NCBI GenBank assembly: GCA_036563895.1
Contig: DATCLN010000202.1
Location: 366 to 64,365, forward strand
Length of the DNA stretch: 64,000 nucleotides
Direction: 5' to 3'
Origin: Paenibacillaceae bacterium
GTDB lineage: Bacteria > Bacillota > Bacilli > Paenibacillales > Paenibacillaceae
The translations under genes were made by a program, and so were the position numbers. The notes under the pieces are model-generated. The model was not told the origin of the DNA, did no database searches, and saw only the letters and a program-made list of their open reading frames with translations. This document shows positions 28,611-39,144 of the stretch, piece by piece. Positions within the stretch are counted from its first letter, which is position 1, and each line of letters starts with the position of its first letter.

Positions 28611-29636
28611 GTGGCGATCTACGCGGACGTCGTTTTTCTGACCAACTGGCTTGCGGACGGCGCCATTTTGCTCACCGCCGCCAGGATCGGCCGGCAACGC
28701 CCCTCCCTGGCTCGGGTGGCCCTGGCAGCCGCGCTGGGGGCCGCATACGCGGCGGCGGTGTTCGCGGCGGACGTCCCGCTTCTTTACACCTTCGGCGCCA
28801 AGGCGGCCGTTGCCGCGCTCATGGTCACCGTCGCCTTCGGCTTCGGCCATCCGCTTCGCTGGACAAGGCAGCTGGCCGTGTTTCTCGCCGTAAGTTTCGC
28901 CGTCACCGGCGGAGTGGTCGGGCTCGCCTTTCTGCTGGGCTCCGCCGATCCCCTGCGCATGGCCGTGCCGCAGGCGGACGGAGGCGGGCTGCTGACGGAA
29001 TGGCGGCTGGCGCCGGCCCTTGTCGCCCTCTTTTTCGTTCTGGCCCTCTGGCTGTACCGCGGCGTTGCGGCCCACGGGCAAAAGCGGGGTTCCCTGGAGG
29101 CGCATCTGGTGCCGGTGCGCATCGAAGCGGGCGGCGAAGTCCGAAGCTGCCGCGGCCTGGTGGACACCGGCAACCGGCTGTACGAGCCGCTCACCGGAAT
29201 TCCCGTCATGGTCGCGGAGGCCGGGATGTGGCGGGACCGGCTGCCGGCCGGCTGGGCGGAACGGCTGCGCGCGGAACCCGCCGACCGGCTGGTTGGCGAG
29301 CTGGACGGACAACCGGACGAAGGGTTCCCCTGGAAGGACCGCCTGCGCCTGGTGCCCTACCGGAGCGTGGGAGGAGAGGTCCGGCTCATGCTCGCGTTCC
29401 GGCCGGACGCGGTGGAGGTCGTCCTGCCGGACGGGCGCCTCATCCGGACGACGCGGGTGCTGGTCGGCCTGGAAGGAGGAAGCCTGTCTCCCGACGGAGC
29501 CTACCGGGCCGTCGTTCACCCGGATTTGGCCGACGCCGGCAGGGGAACGCCCGGGGAAATGTCCGGGGAGCCATCCCGGAAGCCGTCCGGGGATCCGCCC
29601 GGGGATCCGCCCGCCTCTTCCATCCGGTCCGCATGA
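28611..29636 (+). CDS. spoIIGA: Sigma-E processing peptidase SpoIIGA
   Basis: GTG 28611 lies in the frame of ORF 28467..29636, downstream of the predicted promoter. The N-terminus is [21 protein letters not shown], followed by five TM segments. The aspartic-protease motif is [20 protein letters not shown] Pro/Gly-rich tail of about 30 aa is present. Confidence 0.85.
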   Translation: MAIYADVVFLTNWLADGAILLTAARIGRQRPSLARVALAAALGAAYAAAVFAADVPLLYTFGAKAAVAALMVTVAFGFGHPLRWTRQLAVFLAVSFAVTGGVVGLAFLLGSADPLRMAVPQADGGGLLTEWRLAPALVALFFVLALWLYRGVAAHGQKRGSLEAHLVPVRIEAGGEVRSCRGLVDTGNRLYEPLTGIPVMVAEAGMWRDRLPAGWAERLRAEPADRLVGELDGQPDEGFPWKDRLRLVPYRSVGGEVRLMLAFRPDAVEVVLPDGRLIRTTRVLVGLEGGSLSPDGAYRAVVHPDLADAGRGTPGEMSGEPSRKPSGDPPGDPPASSIRSA

Positions 29637-29652
29637 CAGGAGGTTTTTTCCC

Positions 29653-30393
29653 ATGGTCCTGATGCTTACGTTCTCCGCGAAATGGAAACTGCTGGCCCAA
29701 CTGACGCTCTATCGCCTGCTGATCCGGCTCGGCTGGAAGAGCCCGGAAGTGTACTACATCGGCGGCAGCGAGGCGCTGCCCCCTCCCCTGACGCGCGAGG
29801 AGGAGGAGTATCTGCTGGCCCGCCTGCCGTCCGGCGACGCCGCCATCCGTGCCATGCTGATCGAGCGGAATCTGCGCCTCGTGGTGTACATCGCCAGGAA
29901 ATTCGAAAACACGGGCGTGCACATCGAAGACCTCATCTCCATCGGCACGATCGGGCTGATCAAGGCGGTCAACACCTTCGACCCCGACAAGAAGATCAAG
30001 CTGGCCACCTACGCTTCCCGCTGCATCGAAAACGAAATCCTCATGTATCTGCGGCGCAACAGCAAGACCCGCACGGAAGTCTCCTTCGACGAGCCGCTCA
30101 ACGTGGACTGGGACGGCAACGAACTGCTCCTTTCGGACGTGCTGGGCACGGAAAACGACGCGATTTACCGGAACATCGAGGAACAGGTGGACCGCAAGCT
30201 CCTGCACAAGGCCCTGTCCAAGCTGAGCGAGCGGGAGCGGATGATCATGGAGCTGCGCTTCGGCCTCGCCGACGGGGAGGAAAAGACCCAGAAGGACGTG
30301 GCCGACCTGCTCGGCATTTCGCAGTCGTACATTTCCCGGCTGGAAAAACGGATCATCAAGCGGCTCCGCAAGGAATTCAACAAGATGATGTAG
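29653..30393 (+). CDS. sigE: Pro-sigma-E (sporulation mother-cell sigma factor)
   Basis: ATG 29653 lies 9 nt after CAGGAGG. The pro-sequence is followed by [18 protein letters not shown]. Sigma-70 regions 2-4 are present ([36 protein letters not shown]). Confidence 0.95.
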   Translation: MVLMLTFSAKWKLLAQLTLYRLLIRLGWKSPEVYYIGGSEALPPPLTREEEEYLLARLPSGDAAIRAMLIERNLRLVVYIARKFENTGVHIEDLISIGTIGLIKAVNTFDPDKKIKLATYASRCIENEILMYLRRNSKTRTEVSFDEPLNVDWDGNELLLSDVLGTENDAIYRNIEEQVDRKLLHKALSKLSERERMIMELRFGLADGEEKTQKDVADLLGISQSYISRLEKRIIKRLRKEFNKMM

Positions 30394-30430
30394 GCCCGCC
30401 GCCGGCCCGGGGTGCGGCCCGCCGGTCCCG

Positions 30431-30459
30431 GAATAAAACCCCCTCCCCCGGGGATACTT
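30431..30459 (+). promoter_or_regulatory. Forespore-type (sigma-F/G-like) promoter upstream of sigG
   Basis: GAATA (30431-35), a 14-nt spacer, then GGGGATACTT (30450-59). This fits the GGnrAnAnTw -10 consensus of sigma-F-type promoters. Confidence 0.4.
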
Positions 30460-30493
30460 TACAGTAACGCTGTTCCCGGGAGGGACCTACGCC

Positions 30494-31285
30494 TTGACCC
30501 GCAACAAAGTGGAGATTTGTGGAGTCGACACTTCCAAGCTTCCCGTCCTCACCAACGCCGAAATGAGGGAACTGTTCATCGCGCTGCAGACGGGCGGGGA
30601 GCAGGAAGCCCGGGAAGCCCGCGAGAAGCTGGTCAACGGAAACCTGCGGCTGGTGCTCAGCATCATCCAGAGGTTCAACAACCGGGGAGAGTATGTGGAC
30701 GATCTGTTCCAGGTCGGCTGCATAGGTCTCATGAAAGCCATCGACAACTTCGACCTCAGCCAGAACGTGCGTTTTTCCACCTACGCGGTGCCGATGATCA
30801 TCGGCGAAATCCGCCGCTATTTGCGCGACAACAACCCGATCCGCGTCTCGCGAAGCCTGCGGGACGTCGCCTACAAGGCCCTGCAGGTGCGGGACATGCT
30901 GACGAGCCGCCACTGCCGGGAACCCACGATCAAGGAAATTTCCGAAGAGATGAACGTGCCCCAGGAAGACATCGTGTTCGCCCTGGACGCGATCCAGGAT
31001 CCCGTTTCCCTGTTCGAGCCGATTTACCACGACGGGGGAGACCCCATCTACGTGATGGACCAGATCAGCGACGAGCGCAACAAGGATTCCCGCTGGATCG
31101 AGGGCATCGCCCTGCGGGAAGCGATGCGGAAGCTGGGGCGGCGGGAAAAAATGATTTTGTCCATGCGGTTTTTCGAAGGCAAGACGCAGATGGAAGTGGC
31201 CGACGAAATCGGCATCTCCCAGGCCCAGGTGTCCAGGCTGGAGAAATCGGCCATCCAGCAGATGCAAAGGCACGTGAAAATGTGA
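30494..31285 (+). CDS. sigG: Sporulation forespore sigma factor SigG
   Basis: A 263-aa ORF with a TTG start. Motifs: KVEICGVDTSKLPVL, NLRLVLSIIQRF, FSTYAVPMIIGEIRRYLRDN, GISQAQVSRLEK. Confidence 0.95.
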   Translation: MTRNKVEICGVDTSKLPVLTNAEMRELFIALQTGGEQEAREAREKLVNGNLRLVLSIIQRFNNRGEYVDDLFQVGCIGLMKAIDNFDLSQNVRFSTYAVPMIIGEIRRYLRDNNPIRVSRSLRDVAYKALQVRDMLTSRHCREPTIKEISEEMNVPQEDIVFALDAIQDPVSLFEPIYHDGGDPIYVMDQISDERNKDSRWIEGIALREAMRKLGRREKMILSMRFFEGKTQMEVADEIGISQAQVSRLEKSAIQQMQRHVKM

Positions 31286-31290
31286 AGCGA

Positions 31291-31313
31291 AGCCGGGCTT
31301 TCGGGCCCGGCTT
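31291..31313 (+). terminator. Possible weak terminator hairpin after sigG
   Basis: AGCCGGGC-tttcgg-GCCCGGCT followed only by TT. The U-tract is poor. Confidence 0.3.
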
Positions 31314-31413
31314 TAACGTTGCGGCGCCGCGTCGTCCGCTTCCCGTTCAAGATTGCAGGCCCGGCCTCATATACTGGGGTATGGGCGACGGTCGGGAAAG
31401 GCGGGGCGGCGGC

Positions 31414-31695
31414 ATGAAGATTTCCGACTTCCAGACGAAGGACGTCATCAACATCGTGGACGGCAAAAAGCTGGGCCAGATCGGCGATCTGGAGCTCGAC
31501 CTGCGCCACGGGCGCATCGAGGCCATCGTCATCCCGGCGCCCGGCCGTTTTTTCGGCCTCATCGGGGGCGGAAGCGACGTCGTGATCCCCTGGCAGAACA
31601 TCGTCAAGATCGGGGAAGACGTGGTGCTCGTGCGGCTCGGCGACGCCGCGGGAAGCGGACGCGGCCCGAACGCGGCCGGCGGCGATGCGCGCTGA
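31414..31695 (+). CDS. ylmC: YlmC/YmxH-family PRC-barrel sporulation protein
   Basis: The 93-aa product starts at ATG 31414: MKISDFQTKDVINIVDGKKLGQIGDLELDLRHGRIEAIVIP. Confidence 0.85.
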   Translation: MKISDFQTKDVINIVDGKKLGQIGDLELDLRHGRIEAIVIPAPGRFFGLIGGGSDVVIPWQNIVKIGEDVVLVRLGDAAGSGRGPNAAGGDAR

Positions 31696-31758
31696 GGGAT
31701 GATGTGGTAAACTTTCCTTGCCGGCGCATCGGCCGGAAAATCGCGCCCAACGGAGGCA

Positions 31759-32712
31759 ATGAAACGCATGGAACCTTTCGCGCCGGGCGTCAGTCCGGAA
31801 ACCACCGATCGGCATGGGCCGGAGGAACGGTCCGTGGGAACGGGCGAATCCGCGGCGGAAAAAAACGGGCAGTCCGCGCCTTTGTCCGTGCAGCCCGTGC
31901 CCGTGCTCGCGGCCCTGGGGCCATGGCGGCGCTTCGCGGGGCTTACGGCGGGCTTTTCCACCCGTCTGGGCGGCGTCAGCCAGGCTCCCTGGCATTCGCT
32001 GAACACGGGGCTGCACGTCGGCGACGAAGCCGGCGCCGTGATCCGCAACCGCCGGAGCATCGCCGAAAGGCTCGGCTGGCCGTTCGAGGCGTGGACAAGC
32101 GCCAGCCAGGTGCACGGCAATCGCGTGTACCGGGTGACGGCGGCGGACCGCGGCAGGGGACGGGAACGCCCGGAAGACGCCGCCGCCGAGGCGGACGCCC
32201 TGATCACCGACGTTCCCGGCATCCTCCTGGTGATGTATTACGCCGATTGCGTGCCCGTTTATTTTTACGATCCCGATCATGCGGCCGTCGGACTGGCCCA
32301 CGCCGGCTGGAGGGGCATCGCCCTGGACGTGGTCGGGGAGACGGTGCGGGCGATGGAGGCGGCGTTCGGGTCCCGTCCCGAACGTCTTTACGCCGCCATC
32401 GGGCCGTCCATCGGCCCCTGCTGCTACGAGGTGGACGAACCGGTGCTAGAACGCCTGCTTCCGCTGGGGGAGACCCTGCGCCAGTTCGGCGGCCCCGGCG
32501 CGGAAGCCCTGACGGTGCCCTCCCGGCCCGGCCGCGCGGGGGCGAACTTGAAAGAATTCGCCCGGCGGCTTATGATGAAAGCAGGAATTTTGCCGAGCCG
32601 CATCGAAATCTCGAGATGGTGCACCGGCTGCCGCACCGATCTGTTTTTTTCCCACAGGCGGGAAGGCGGACGAACCGGAAGGATGGCGGCGTGGCTCGGC
32701 AGAAGGTCCTGA
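31759..32712 (+). CDS. ylmD: YfiH/PgeF (DUF152) family purine-nucleoside phosphorylase / laccase-domain protein
   Basis: A 317-aa ORF with an N-terminal extension of about 55 aa. Motifs: FSTRLGGVS, SQVHGNRV, ADCVPVYFYD, AHAGWRG, GPCCYEV, CTGC...FFSHRR. Confidence 0.85.
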   Translation: MKRMEPFAPGVSPETTDRHGPEERSVGTGESAAEKNGQSAPLSVQPVPVLAALGPWRRFAGLTAGFSTRLGGVSQAPWHSLNTGLHVGDEAGAVIRNRRSIAERLGWPFEAWTSASQVHGNRVYRVTAADRGRGRERPEDAAAEADALITDVPGILLVMYYADCVPVYFYDPDHAAVGLAHAGWRGIALDVVGETVRAMEAAFGSRPERLYAAIGPSIGPCCYEVDEPVLERLLPLGETLRQFGGPGAEALTVPSRPGRAGANLKEFARRLMMKAGILPSRIEISRWCTGCRTDLFFSHRREGGRTGRMAAWLGRRS

Positions 32713-32729
32713 TGTCGAGGTGAACGCCG

Positions 32730-33512
32730 TTGACGCTGGCCCAGACCTTTGCGGACCGGCTCGCGGAGGTGGAGCGGCGGATCGCCGAAGCTTGCCGGCG
32801 CTCCGGGCGCAGCCGCGGCGAGGTGAACGTCATCGCCGTCACCAAGTACGTGACCGCTGACGAGGCCGTCCGTCTGGTGGAAGCCGGCATCGTCCACATC
32901 GGCGAGAACCGCTGGCCCGACGCCAGGGAAAAGGCGGAGAGACTGGCGGGGCGCGCCACGCTGCATTTCATCGGTACGCTCCAGTCCCGCAAAGTCAAGC
33001 ATGTCGTCGGGCGTTTCCAATACATCCACTCGCTGGACCGCCTGTCCCTCGCCGAAGAGATCGAGAAGCGGGCGGCCGCCCTGGGCGTCACCGTTCCCTG
33101 TTTCCTGCAGGTGAACGTGTCCGGCGAGACGACGAAGCACGGCGTGCCGCCGGAAGAGCTGTTTCGGCTGGCGGAAGGCCTGCGCGGGCTGTCCCGCGTC
33201 AGGCCGGTGGGGCTGATGACGATGGCGCCCCACGAAAGCGATCCGGAGCGGACAAGACCCGTGTTCCGGGAGCTTCGGCGGCTGCTTGCGGAGCTGAACG
33301 CGCGGGCGATTTTTGACCACGAACTGAAGGAATTGTCCATGGGCATGTCCAACGATTTTGAAGTCGCCGTGGAGGAAGGCGCGACCTGGGTGCGGCTGGG
33401 CAGCATTCTGGTCGGACAAGCCGGTCCGGCCGGGGACGGCGCCGCCGGCGCGCCCGCTTCGGGCGACGGGGAAAGGAGCGGCGAATCATGGGCGTCATCA
33501 ACCGCTTTTTGA
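32730..33512 (+). CDS. ylmE: YggS-family pyridoxal-phosphate homeostasis protein
   Basis: TTG start. Motifs: [10 protein letters not shown] (PLP lysine), [41 protein letters not shown] Gly/Ala/Pro-rich tail overlaps the sepF start by 25 nt. Confidence 0.9.
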   Translation: MTLAQTFADRLAEVERRIAEACRRSGRSRGEVNVIAVTKYVTADEAVRLVEAGIVHIGENRWPDAREKAERLAGRATLHFIGTLQSRKVKHVVGRFQYIHSLDRLSLAEEIEKRAAALGVTVPCFLQVNVSGETTKHGVPPEELFRLAEGLRGLSRVRPVGLMTMAPHESDPERTRPVFRELRRLLAELNARAIFDHELKELSMGMSNDFEVAVEEGATWVRLGSILVGQAGPAGDGAAGAPASGDGERSGESWASSTAF

Positions 33513-33946
33513 ACTATTTCGGGCTGCAGGAAGAGGTGGAAGTGCGCGAGCGCCTGGCGGACGACCCGGAAGAACGGGATCTTCCCGTCTACCCGCAGGA
33601 GCCGAGGGAGGCCCGCAAGGCTTCCGGCAACAAGAACAACATCGTCAGCCTTCACGCGGCGAAAACGATGCGCGTGGTGCTTTCCGAACCGCGCACCTAC
33701 GACGAGGCGCAGGAAATCGCCGACCATCTGAAGTCCCGGCGTTCCGTCGTCGTCAATCTGCAGCGGGTTCGCCGGGAGCACGCGGTGCGCATCGTCGATT
33801 TCCTGAGCGGCACCGTCTACGCGCTGAACGGGCGCATCGCGAAGCTCGGACCCCTCATCTTCCTTTGCACCCCCGACAATGTGGAAGTCACGGGAACGAT
33901 CGCGGAACTCGAGGCGGAGGAGATCGATTTTCCCAAATTGAGGTGA
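33488..33946 (+). CDS. sepF: Cell division protein SepF
   Basis: A 152-aa ORF beginning [13 protein letters not shown] (membrane-targeting helix). The C-domain is [29 protein letters not shown]. Confidence 0.95.
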   Translation: MGVINRFLNYFGLQEEVEVRERLADDPEERDLPVYPQEPREARKASGNKNNIVSLHAAKTMRVVLSEPRTYDEAQEIADHLKSRRSVVVNLQRVRREHAVRIVDFLSGTVYALNGRIAKLGPLIFLCTPDNVEVTGTIAELEAEEIDFPKLR

Positions 33947-33950
33947 ACCC

Positions 33951-34226
33951 GTGTTGGATGCAATCGAACAATTTATAAACATCGCAGCCGAAGTTTATTT
34001 CTACATGATTCTCGTCTACGTGCTCATGTCATGGGTTCCCTCTGCTCGCGAAAGTGCCGTCGGCGAATTTCTCGGCAGGCTCGTGGAGCCGTATCTCCAG
34101 CCCTTCCGGAGGATCATACCGCCGATCGCCGGCACCATCGACGTCTCCCCGATCATCGCCGCGTTCGCGCTCCGGTTTCTGGCGCAGGGGCTCATCGCGG
34201 TGATCCATTTTCTGGTTGGTCAGTGA
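33951..34226 (+). CDS. ylmG: YggT-family membrane protein
   Basis: A 91-aa ORF with a GTG start and two TM helices. It has the YMILVYVLMSWVP and GTIDVSPIIA motifs. Confidence 0.85.
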   Translation: MLDAIEQFINIAAEVYFYMILVYVLMSWVPSARESAVGEFLGRLVEPYLQPFRRIIPPIAGTIDVSPIIAAFALRFLAQGLIAVIHFLVGQ

Positions 34227-34229
34227 CCC

Positions 34230-35015
34230 ATGCGCGCACCGGAACTGTACGTCCATTTCCGTCCCGACGAGAAGCCGTTTGTGGACAAGGCCTGGGACTG
34301 GATCGAACGTGTTGCGCTTCGCCGTGAGACAAGGCGCTCCGACTTCCTTGATCCGCGGCAGGCTTTTATTTTGTCTTCGCTGGCCCGCCGCCATGGCGGC
34401 GTCGCGCTGCGGCTGGACGGCGGCTACCCGGAGGCGGAGCGCAAACGGGCGGTCGCGGTCCCGGATTTTCTGGATCCCGAAGACGAACCGGCGGGCATCG
34501 CCGTGCTGGCGGTGGCCTCTTCGGACCGGCGGATGGCGGAACTGGAGCACGGGGACTATCTCGGCGCCATTCTCGGACTCGGCGTGAAGCGGGAGAAGAT
34601 CGGAGACCTTCACGTCCGGCCCGACGGATGCCACATCCTCGTGGCGGAAGAAATCGCCGATTTTCTTGCGTCGCACCTGCATCAGGTGCACCGGGTCCGG
34701 GTGACGGCGGAAATCCTCCCGCTGTCCGAGCTGCGCGTCGTTCCCGTCGTGCTGGAGGAAACCGTGCTGTCGGCGGCTTCCATGCGCCTGGACGCCGTGG
34801 CCGGGGACGCGTTCCGGCTCAGCCGGGCGAAGATCGCGGAGCTGATCCGCGCCGGCCGCTGCCGGGTGAACTGGAAGACGGAGGAGGATCCTTCCGCCCC
34901 GCTGCGCGAAGGGGACGTCGTTTCCCTCAAGGGATACGGCCGCATCAAGGTGATGGGTGTCGAAGGAACCTCGAGAAGCGGCCGCACTCTTGTCAGAATC
35001 GGCAAATTTATGTAG
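34230..35015 (+). CDS. ylmH: S4-domain RNA-binding protein YlmH
   Basis: A 261-aa ORF containing DFLDPRQ, HGDYLGAILGLGVKREKIGD and a C-terminal S4 domain (RLDAVAGDAFRLSRAKIAELIRAGRCRVNW). Confidence 0.85.
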   Translation: MRAPELYVHFRPDEKPFVDKAWDWIERVALRRETRRSDFLDPRQAFILSSLARRHGGVALRLDGGYPEAERKRAVAVPDFLDPEDEPAGIAVLAVASSDRRMAELEHGDYLGAILGLGVKREKIGDLHVRPDGCHILVAEEIADFLASHLHQVHRVRVTAEILPLSELRVVPVVLEETVLSAASMRLDAVAGDAFRLSRAKIAELIRAGRCRVNWKTEEDPSAPLREGDVVSLKGYGRIKVMGVEGTSRSGRTLVRIGKFM

Positions 35016-35105
35016 CCCGCCGGAAGGAATTCGGCGGGATTCGTCGAATCGATTGTAAAGACGGAGAGAAACGCGAATCGCGGAGAACCAAATGGAGGTG
35101 CGCCC

Positions 35106-35600
35106 ATGCCGCTGACTCCTCTGGACATTCACAACAAGGAGTTTTCGAGACGGCTTCGCGGATACGACGAAGATGAAGTCAACGAATTTCTGGATCAGAT
35201 CATCAAGGACTACGAGGCGCTGATCCGCGACAACAAGGAGCTGCAAAGCCAGGTTCAGCAGCTGCAGGAGAAGCTGAACCATTTCCTCAACATTGAAGAA
35301 ACGCTCAGCAAGACCATCATCGTGGCCCAGGAGGCCGCCGACGAGCTGAAAAACAACGCGAAGAAGGAAGCCCAGCTCATCGTCAAGGAAGCGGAAAAGA
35401 ACGCCGACCGCATCATCAACGAGGCGCTGGCGAAGTCGCGGAAGATCGCCCTGGAAATCGAAGAGATGAAGAAACAGGCGGCCATTTACCGCGCCCGTTT
35501 CCGCGCGTTGGTGGAGTCCCAGCTGGAACTGCTCGAGAAGGAAAACTGGGACGTGCTGGACACCAGCGACATTGACGTGGCCGTGGAGGCGAAAAGGTGA
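35106..35600 (+). CDS. divIVA: Septum-site determining protein DivIVA
   Basis: A 164-aa ORF beginning MPLTPLDIHNKEFSRRLRGYDEDEVNEFLDQIIKDYE, followed by coiled coil. Confidence 0.95.
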   Translation: MPLTPLDIHNKEFSRRLRGYDEDEVNEFLDQIIKDYEALIRDNKELQSQVQQLQEKLNHFLNIEETLSKTIIVAQEAADELKNNAKKEAQLIVKEAEKNADRIINEALAKSRKIALEIEEMKKQAAIYRARFRALVESQLELLEKENWDVLDTSDIDVAVEAKR

Positions 35601-35601
35601 C

Positions 35602-35627
35602 CCCCGGTTTGACAACCCCGGGGTTTT
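35602..35627 (+). terminator. Short GC hairpin plus T-run after divIVA (weak terminator, overlaps the ileS -35)
   Basis: CCCCGG-tttgacaacc-CCGGGG followed by TTTT. Confidence 0.35.
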
Positions 35628-35638
35628 GAGCGTATACT
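35609..35638 (+). promoter_or_regulatory. Sigma-A promoter of the ileS leader
   Basis: TTGACA (35609-14), an 18-nt spacer, then TATACT (35633-38). Confidence 0.6.
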
Positions 35639-35644
35639 GAATTG

Positions 35645-35962
35645 TCAAAATGGATTTCTTGCCCTGACCAACATCGATGACGGGAACGAGTACGCATGCC
35701 GGCCGGAGCCAGAGAGTTGGCGGTCGGTGCGAGCCAATGTCCGGAGCATGCGGAAAATCCTCCCCGAGATGCCGCTGCGAACTCCGTCCCGCGGGGCGGA
35801 CAGTAGGGGCGGCCGGAAGCTCCCCGTTACAGGAGCGGACCGGCATCGACCGGTCGCCGAGGGCCGCGGATGCGGCGGTGATCCTGTCATTTGCCGTATC
35901 GCGGAAGAAGGGTGGTAACGCGAGCAGCGCCTCGTCCCTTTCGGGATGGGGCGATTTATTTT
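35645..35962 (+). promoter_or_regulatory. T-box riboswitch leader, Ile (AUC) specifier, with terminator
   Basis: The elements occur in the canonical order. They are the AGTA/GA motif (AACGAGTACGC), the AGAGAG bulge, the distal loop GGTGCGAG and the stem-I 3' strand GCATGCG. The specifier loop GAAAATCC follows, with ATC at 35757-59, then the F-box CCGTTAC (35823-29). The T-box sequence is AAGGGTGGTAACGCG (35908-22). The terminator is CGCCTCGTCCC-tttc-GGGATGGGGCG plus ATTTATTTT (35928-62). Confidence 0.85.
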
Positions 35963-35990
35963 GTGCAGGGAAAGGAAGGAAGGATCGACC

Positions 35991-38900
35991 ATGCAACGGG
36001 TGGACCCAAAGGAGCGGGCCCGCGACCGCGAACTGCGCATTCTTGAACAGTGGCGCCGCGAGGACACGTTCCGCCGTTCCATCGAAAACCGCCGCGGCAA
36101 ACCCAACTTCGTCTTTTACGAAGGACCGCCGACGGCCAACGGCAAACCCCACATCGGGCACGTGCTCGGCCGGGTGATCAAGGACTTCGTGTGCCGCTAC
36201 AAAACGATGGCCGGCTACCGTGTCGTCCGCAAGGCCGGCTGGGACACCCACGGCCTGCCGGTGGAGCTGGGCGTGGAAAAAGAGCTGGGCATTTCCGGCA
36301 AACAGGAGATCGAGCGCTACGGCGTCGAACCGTTCATCAAGAAGTGCAAGGAGAGCGTGTTCGAGTACGAGAAGCAGTGGCGCGAGCTGACGGAGGCCAT
36401 CGCCTACTGGATCGACCTGGACAATCCGTACATCACGCTGGACAACAAGTACATCGAAAGCGTCTGGCACATCCTCGCCACCATCCACGAGAAAGGCTTG
36501 CTGTACCGGGGGCATCGGGTGAGTCCTTACTGCCCTTCCTGCCAGACGACGCTGAGCTCCCACGAGGTGGCCCTGGGATACGAGGATGTCAAGGACCTGA
36601 GCGCGACGGTGAAATTCCGGCTGCACGAGTCCGGAGAATACGCCCTGGCCTGGACGACGACGCCCTGGACGCTGCCGTCGAACGTGGCGCTGGCCGTGCA
36701 TCCCGACCTGGACTATGTCCGGGTGCGGCAGGGGGACGAGGTGTACATCCTCGCCGCGTCGCGTGCCGAGCACGTGATGAAGGGCGAGTACGAAGTGCTG
36801 TCGTCCCTGAAGGGCCGGGAACTGGCCGGGCTGGCCTATGAGCCGCCGTTCCGGTATGTCCAAGTTGAGGGCGCCTGGCGCGTCATCACCGCCGATTTCG
36901 TCACCGACACGAGCGGCACCGGCATCGTCCACATCGCGCCGGCCCACGGCGAAGACGACTACAAGGCGTCCATGCAGCACGGCATCCCGATGGTCAAGGT
37001 GGTGGACCACGCGGGGCGGTACACCGAAGAAGCGGCGGATTTCGCCGGCCGGTTCGTGAAGGACTGCGACGTCGACATCGTGCGCATGCTGGCGGAACGC
37101 GGGCTTCTGTACCACAAGGAAAAATACGAACACAGCTACCCGCACTGCTGGCGATGCAAGACGCCGCTGCTGTACTACGCGACGGACAGCTGGTTCATCC
37201 GCACCACCGCGGTGAAGGACAAGCTGATCGAAAACAACCGGCAGATCGATTGGTACCCCGCCCACCTGAAGGACGGACGGTTCGGCAATTTCCTGGAAGA
37301 CCTCGTGGACTGGAACATCAGCCGCAACCGCTACTGGGGCACGCCGCTCAACATCTGGATTTGCGAATCCTGCGGCCGGGAGAAGGCGCCCCACAGCCAC
37401 GAGGAAATGCGGCGCCTGGCGGCGCATCCGGTGGCGGAGGATCTGGAGCTGCACAAGCCCTATGTGGACGAAGTGCTGCTGAAGTGCGAATGCGGCGGCA
37501 CGATGCGGCGCACGCCCGAGGTGATCGACGTCTGGTTCGACAGCGGCGCGATGCCCTTCGCCCAGTACCACCATCCCTTCGGCGACGAGGAAACGTTCCG
37601 CGACCAGTATCCCGCCGACTTCATCTGCGAGGGGATCGACCAGACGCGGGGCTGGTTCTTCAGCCTGCTGGCGGTGGCGACGCTGTACAACGGCACGACG
37701 CCGTACAAGTCGGTCATCTCCACCGGCCACGTGCTGGATGAAAACGGCCAAAAGATGAGCAAATCCAAAGGGAACGTCATCGACCCGTGGGACATCATCG
37801 AAGCCTACGGTTCCGACGCCTTCCGCTGGGCGCTTCTGGCGGACAGCGCGCCGTGGAACAGCAAGCGGTTTTCCAAAACCATCGTGGCCGAAGCGAAGTC
37901 CAAGGTGGTGGACACGCTGGTCAACACCCACGCGTTCTACGCGCTGTACGCGGACATTGACGGCTTCGATCCGGATGCGCATCCGCCGCGGGAGCCGCGG
38001 AACATCCTGGACCGCTGGATTCTGTCCAGGCTCGGCACGCTGATCGGCGAAGTCAACCGGGGCCTGGCCGTGAACGACTTCCTTAACCCGGCCAAGGCCA
38101 TCGAAAAATTCGTCGACGACCTGTCCAACTGGTACGTGCGCCGGTCCCGCGACCGCTTCTGGGGCAGCGGTCTGACGGACGACAAGATCGAGGCGTACCA
38201 GACGCTGCGCAGGGTGCTGCTCACCCTGTCCCGCCTGATCGCGCCGTACATGCCGTTTGTGGCGGACGACATCTACCGCAACCTGGGCGGCGGAGACAGC
38301 GTGCACCTGGCGGACTATCCGACGGAGGGCGAACTTGCCGTCGATCCCGTGCTGGAGCGCGACATGGAGACCGCCCGGACCATCGTCGAACTGGCCCGCA
38401 ACGTGCGCAACGAAACGGGCATCAAGACGCGCCAGCCGCTGTCGGAACTCCTGGTGTCGTTCACCGGCGAGTTCGATCTGGACCGGTACGCGGACATCAT
38501 CCGGGACGAGGTCAACGTCAAGAAGATCACGGTCGTGCCCGACGACAGCGGGTTTGTCGAGTTCTCCCTGAAGCTGAATCTGGTGGTTGCCGGCAAGAAG
38601 TACGGCCGTCTCGTGGCGCCGATCCAGAAGGCCCTGAAGGAGCTGTCCCCGGAACGGGCGCGGCAGGCGGTGGAACAGGGCTTCATCGAGCTGGACGCCG
38701 ACGGCGAGCGGGTGCGGGTGACGCTGGACGAACTGCTCGTCGAAAAGCGCGCCAGGACCGGTTTCGCTTCGGCCGCTTCGGGCGGGCTGACCGTGGCGCT
38801 CAACACGGAAATCACGCCGGAGCTGGCGCAGGAAGGGCTGGTGCGGGAAGTCATCCGCGCCGTGCAGGACACCCGCAAGAAGCTGGACCTGCCCATCGAG

Positions 38901-39080
38901 GCACGCGTGCATCTGGTGATGGACGCGGACGAGGAAACGGTGGCGGCGATCAACAGGTTCCGCGGCCTGTTCGAGGAAAACGTGCTGCTCAGCGGTCTGA
39001 CCTTCGGCCGGGAAGAAGGCATGGAACGGGTGCAGGCCGGCGGGAAGACCATCGGTTTGGCCATCCGGCAAAACGGATAA
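35991..39080 (+). CDS. ileS: Isoleucyl-tRNA synthetase, type-2 (eukaryote-like) architecture
   Basis: ATG 35991 follows GGAAGGAAGGA; the product is 1029 aa. The HIGH region is [12 protein letters not shown] and the KMSKS region is QKMSKSKGN. It contains CP1 editing-domain motifs, and the C-terminus has no Cys-cluster zinc finger. Confidence 0.95.
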   Translation: MQRVDPKERARDRELRILEQWRREDTFRRSIENRRGKPNFVFYEGPPTANGKPHIGHVLGRVIKDFVCRYKTMAGYRVVRKAGWDTHGLPVELGVEKELGISGKQEIERYGVEPFIKKCKESVFEYEKQWRELTEAIAYWIDLDNPYITLDNKYIESVWHILATIHEKGLLYRGHRVSPYCPSCQTTLSSHEVALGYEDVKDLSATVKFRLHESGEYALAWTTTPWTLPSNVALAVHPDLDYVRVRQGDEVYILAASRAEHVMKGEYEVLSSLKGRELAGLAYEPPFRYVQVEGAWRVITADFVTDTSGTGIVHIAPAHGEDDYKASMQHGIPMVKVVDHAGRYTEEAADFAGRFVKDCDVDIVRMLAERGLLYHKEKYEHSYPHCWRCKTPLLYYATDSWFIRTTAVKDKLIENNRQIDWYPAHLKDGRFGNFLEDLVDWNISRNRYWGTPLNIWICESCGREKAPHSHEEMRRLAAHPVAEDLELHKPYVDEVLLKCECGGTMRRTPEVIDVWFDSGAMPFAQYHHPFGDEETFRDQYPADFICEGIDQTRGWFFSLLAVATLYNGTTPYKSVISTGHVLDENGQKMSKSKGNVIDPWDIIEAYGSDAFRWALLADSAPWNSKRFSKTIVAEAKSKVVDTLVNTHAFYALYADIDGFDPDAHPPREPRNILDRWILSRLGTLIGEVNRGLAVNDFLNPAKAIEKFVDDLSNWYVRRSRDRFWGSGLTDDKIEAYQTLRRVLLTLSRLIAPYMPFVADDIYRNLGGGDSVHLADYPTEGELAVDPVLERDMETARTIVELARNVRNETGIKTRQPLSELLVSFTGEFDLDRYADIIRDEVNVKKITVVPDDSGFVEFSLKLNLVVAGKKYGRLVAPIQKALKELSPERARQAVEQGFIELDADGERVRVTLDELLVEKRARTGFASAASGGLTVALNTEITPELAQEGLVREVIRAVQDTRKKLDLPIEARVHLVMDADEETVAAINRFRGLFEENVLLSGLTFGREEGMERVQAGGKTIGLAIRQNG

Positions 39081-39144
39081 TCTAAGGGGGAAAGAATCGC
39101 CCCCAAGCCCACACCGCGCTTGCGAGGGCCGGGAGGGATCGCGG

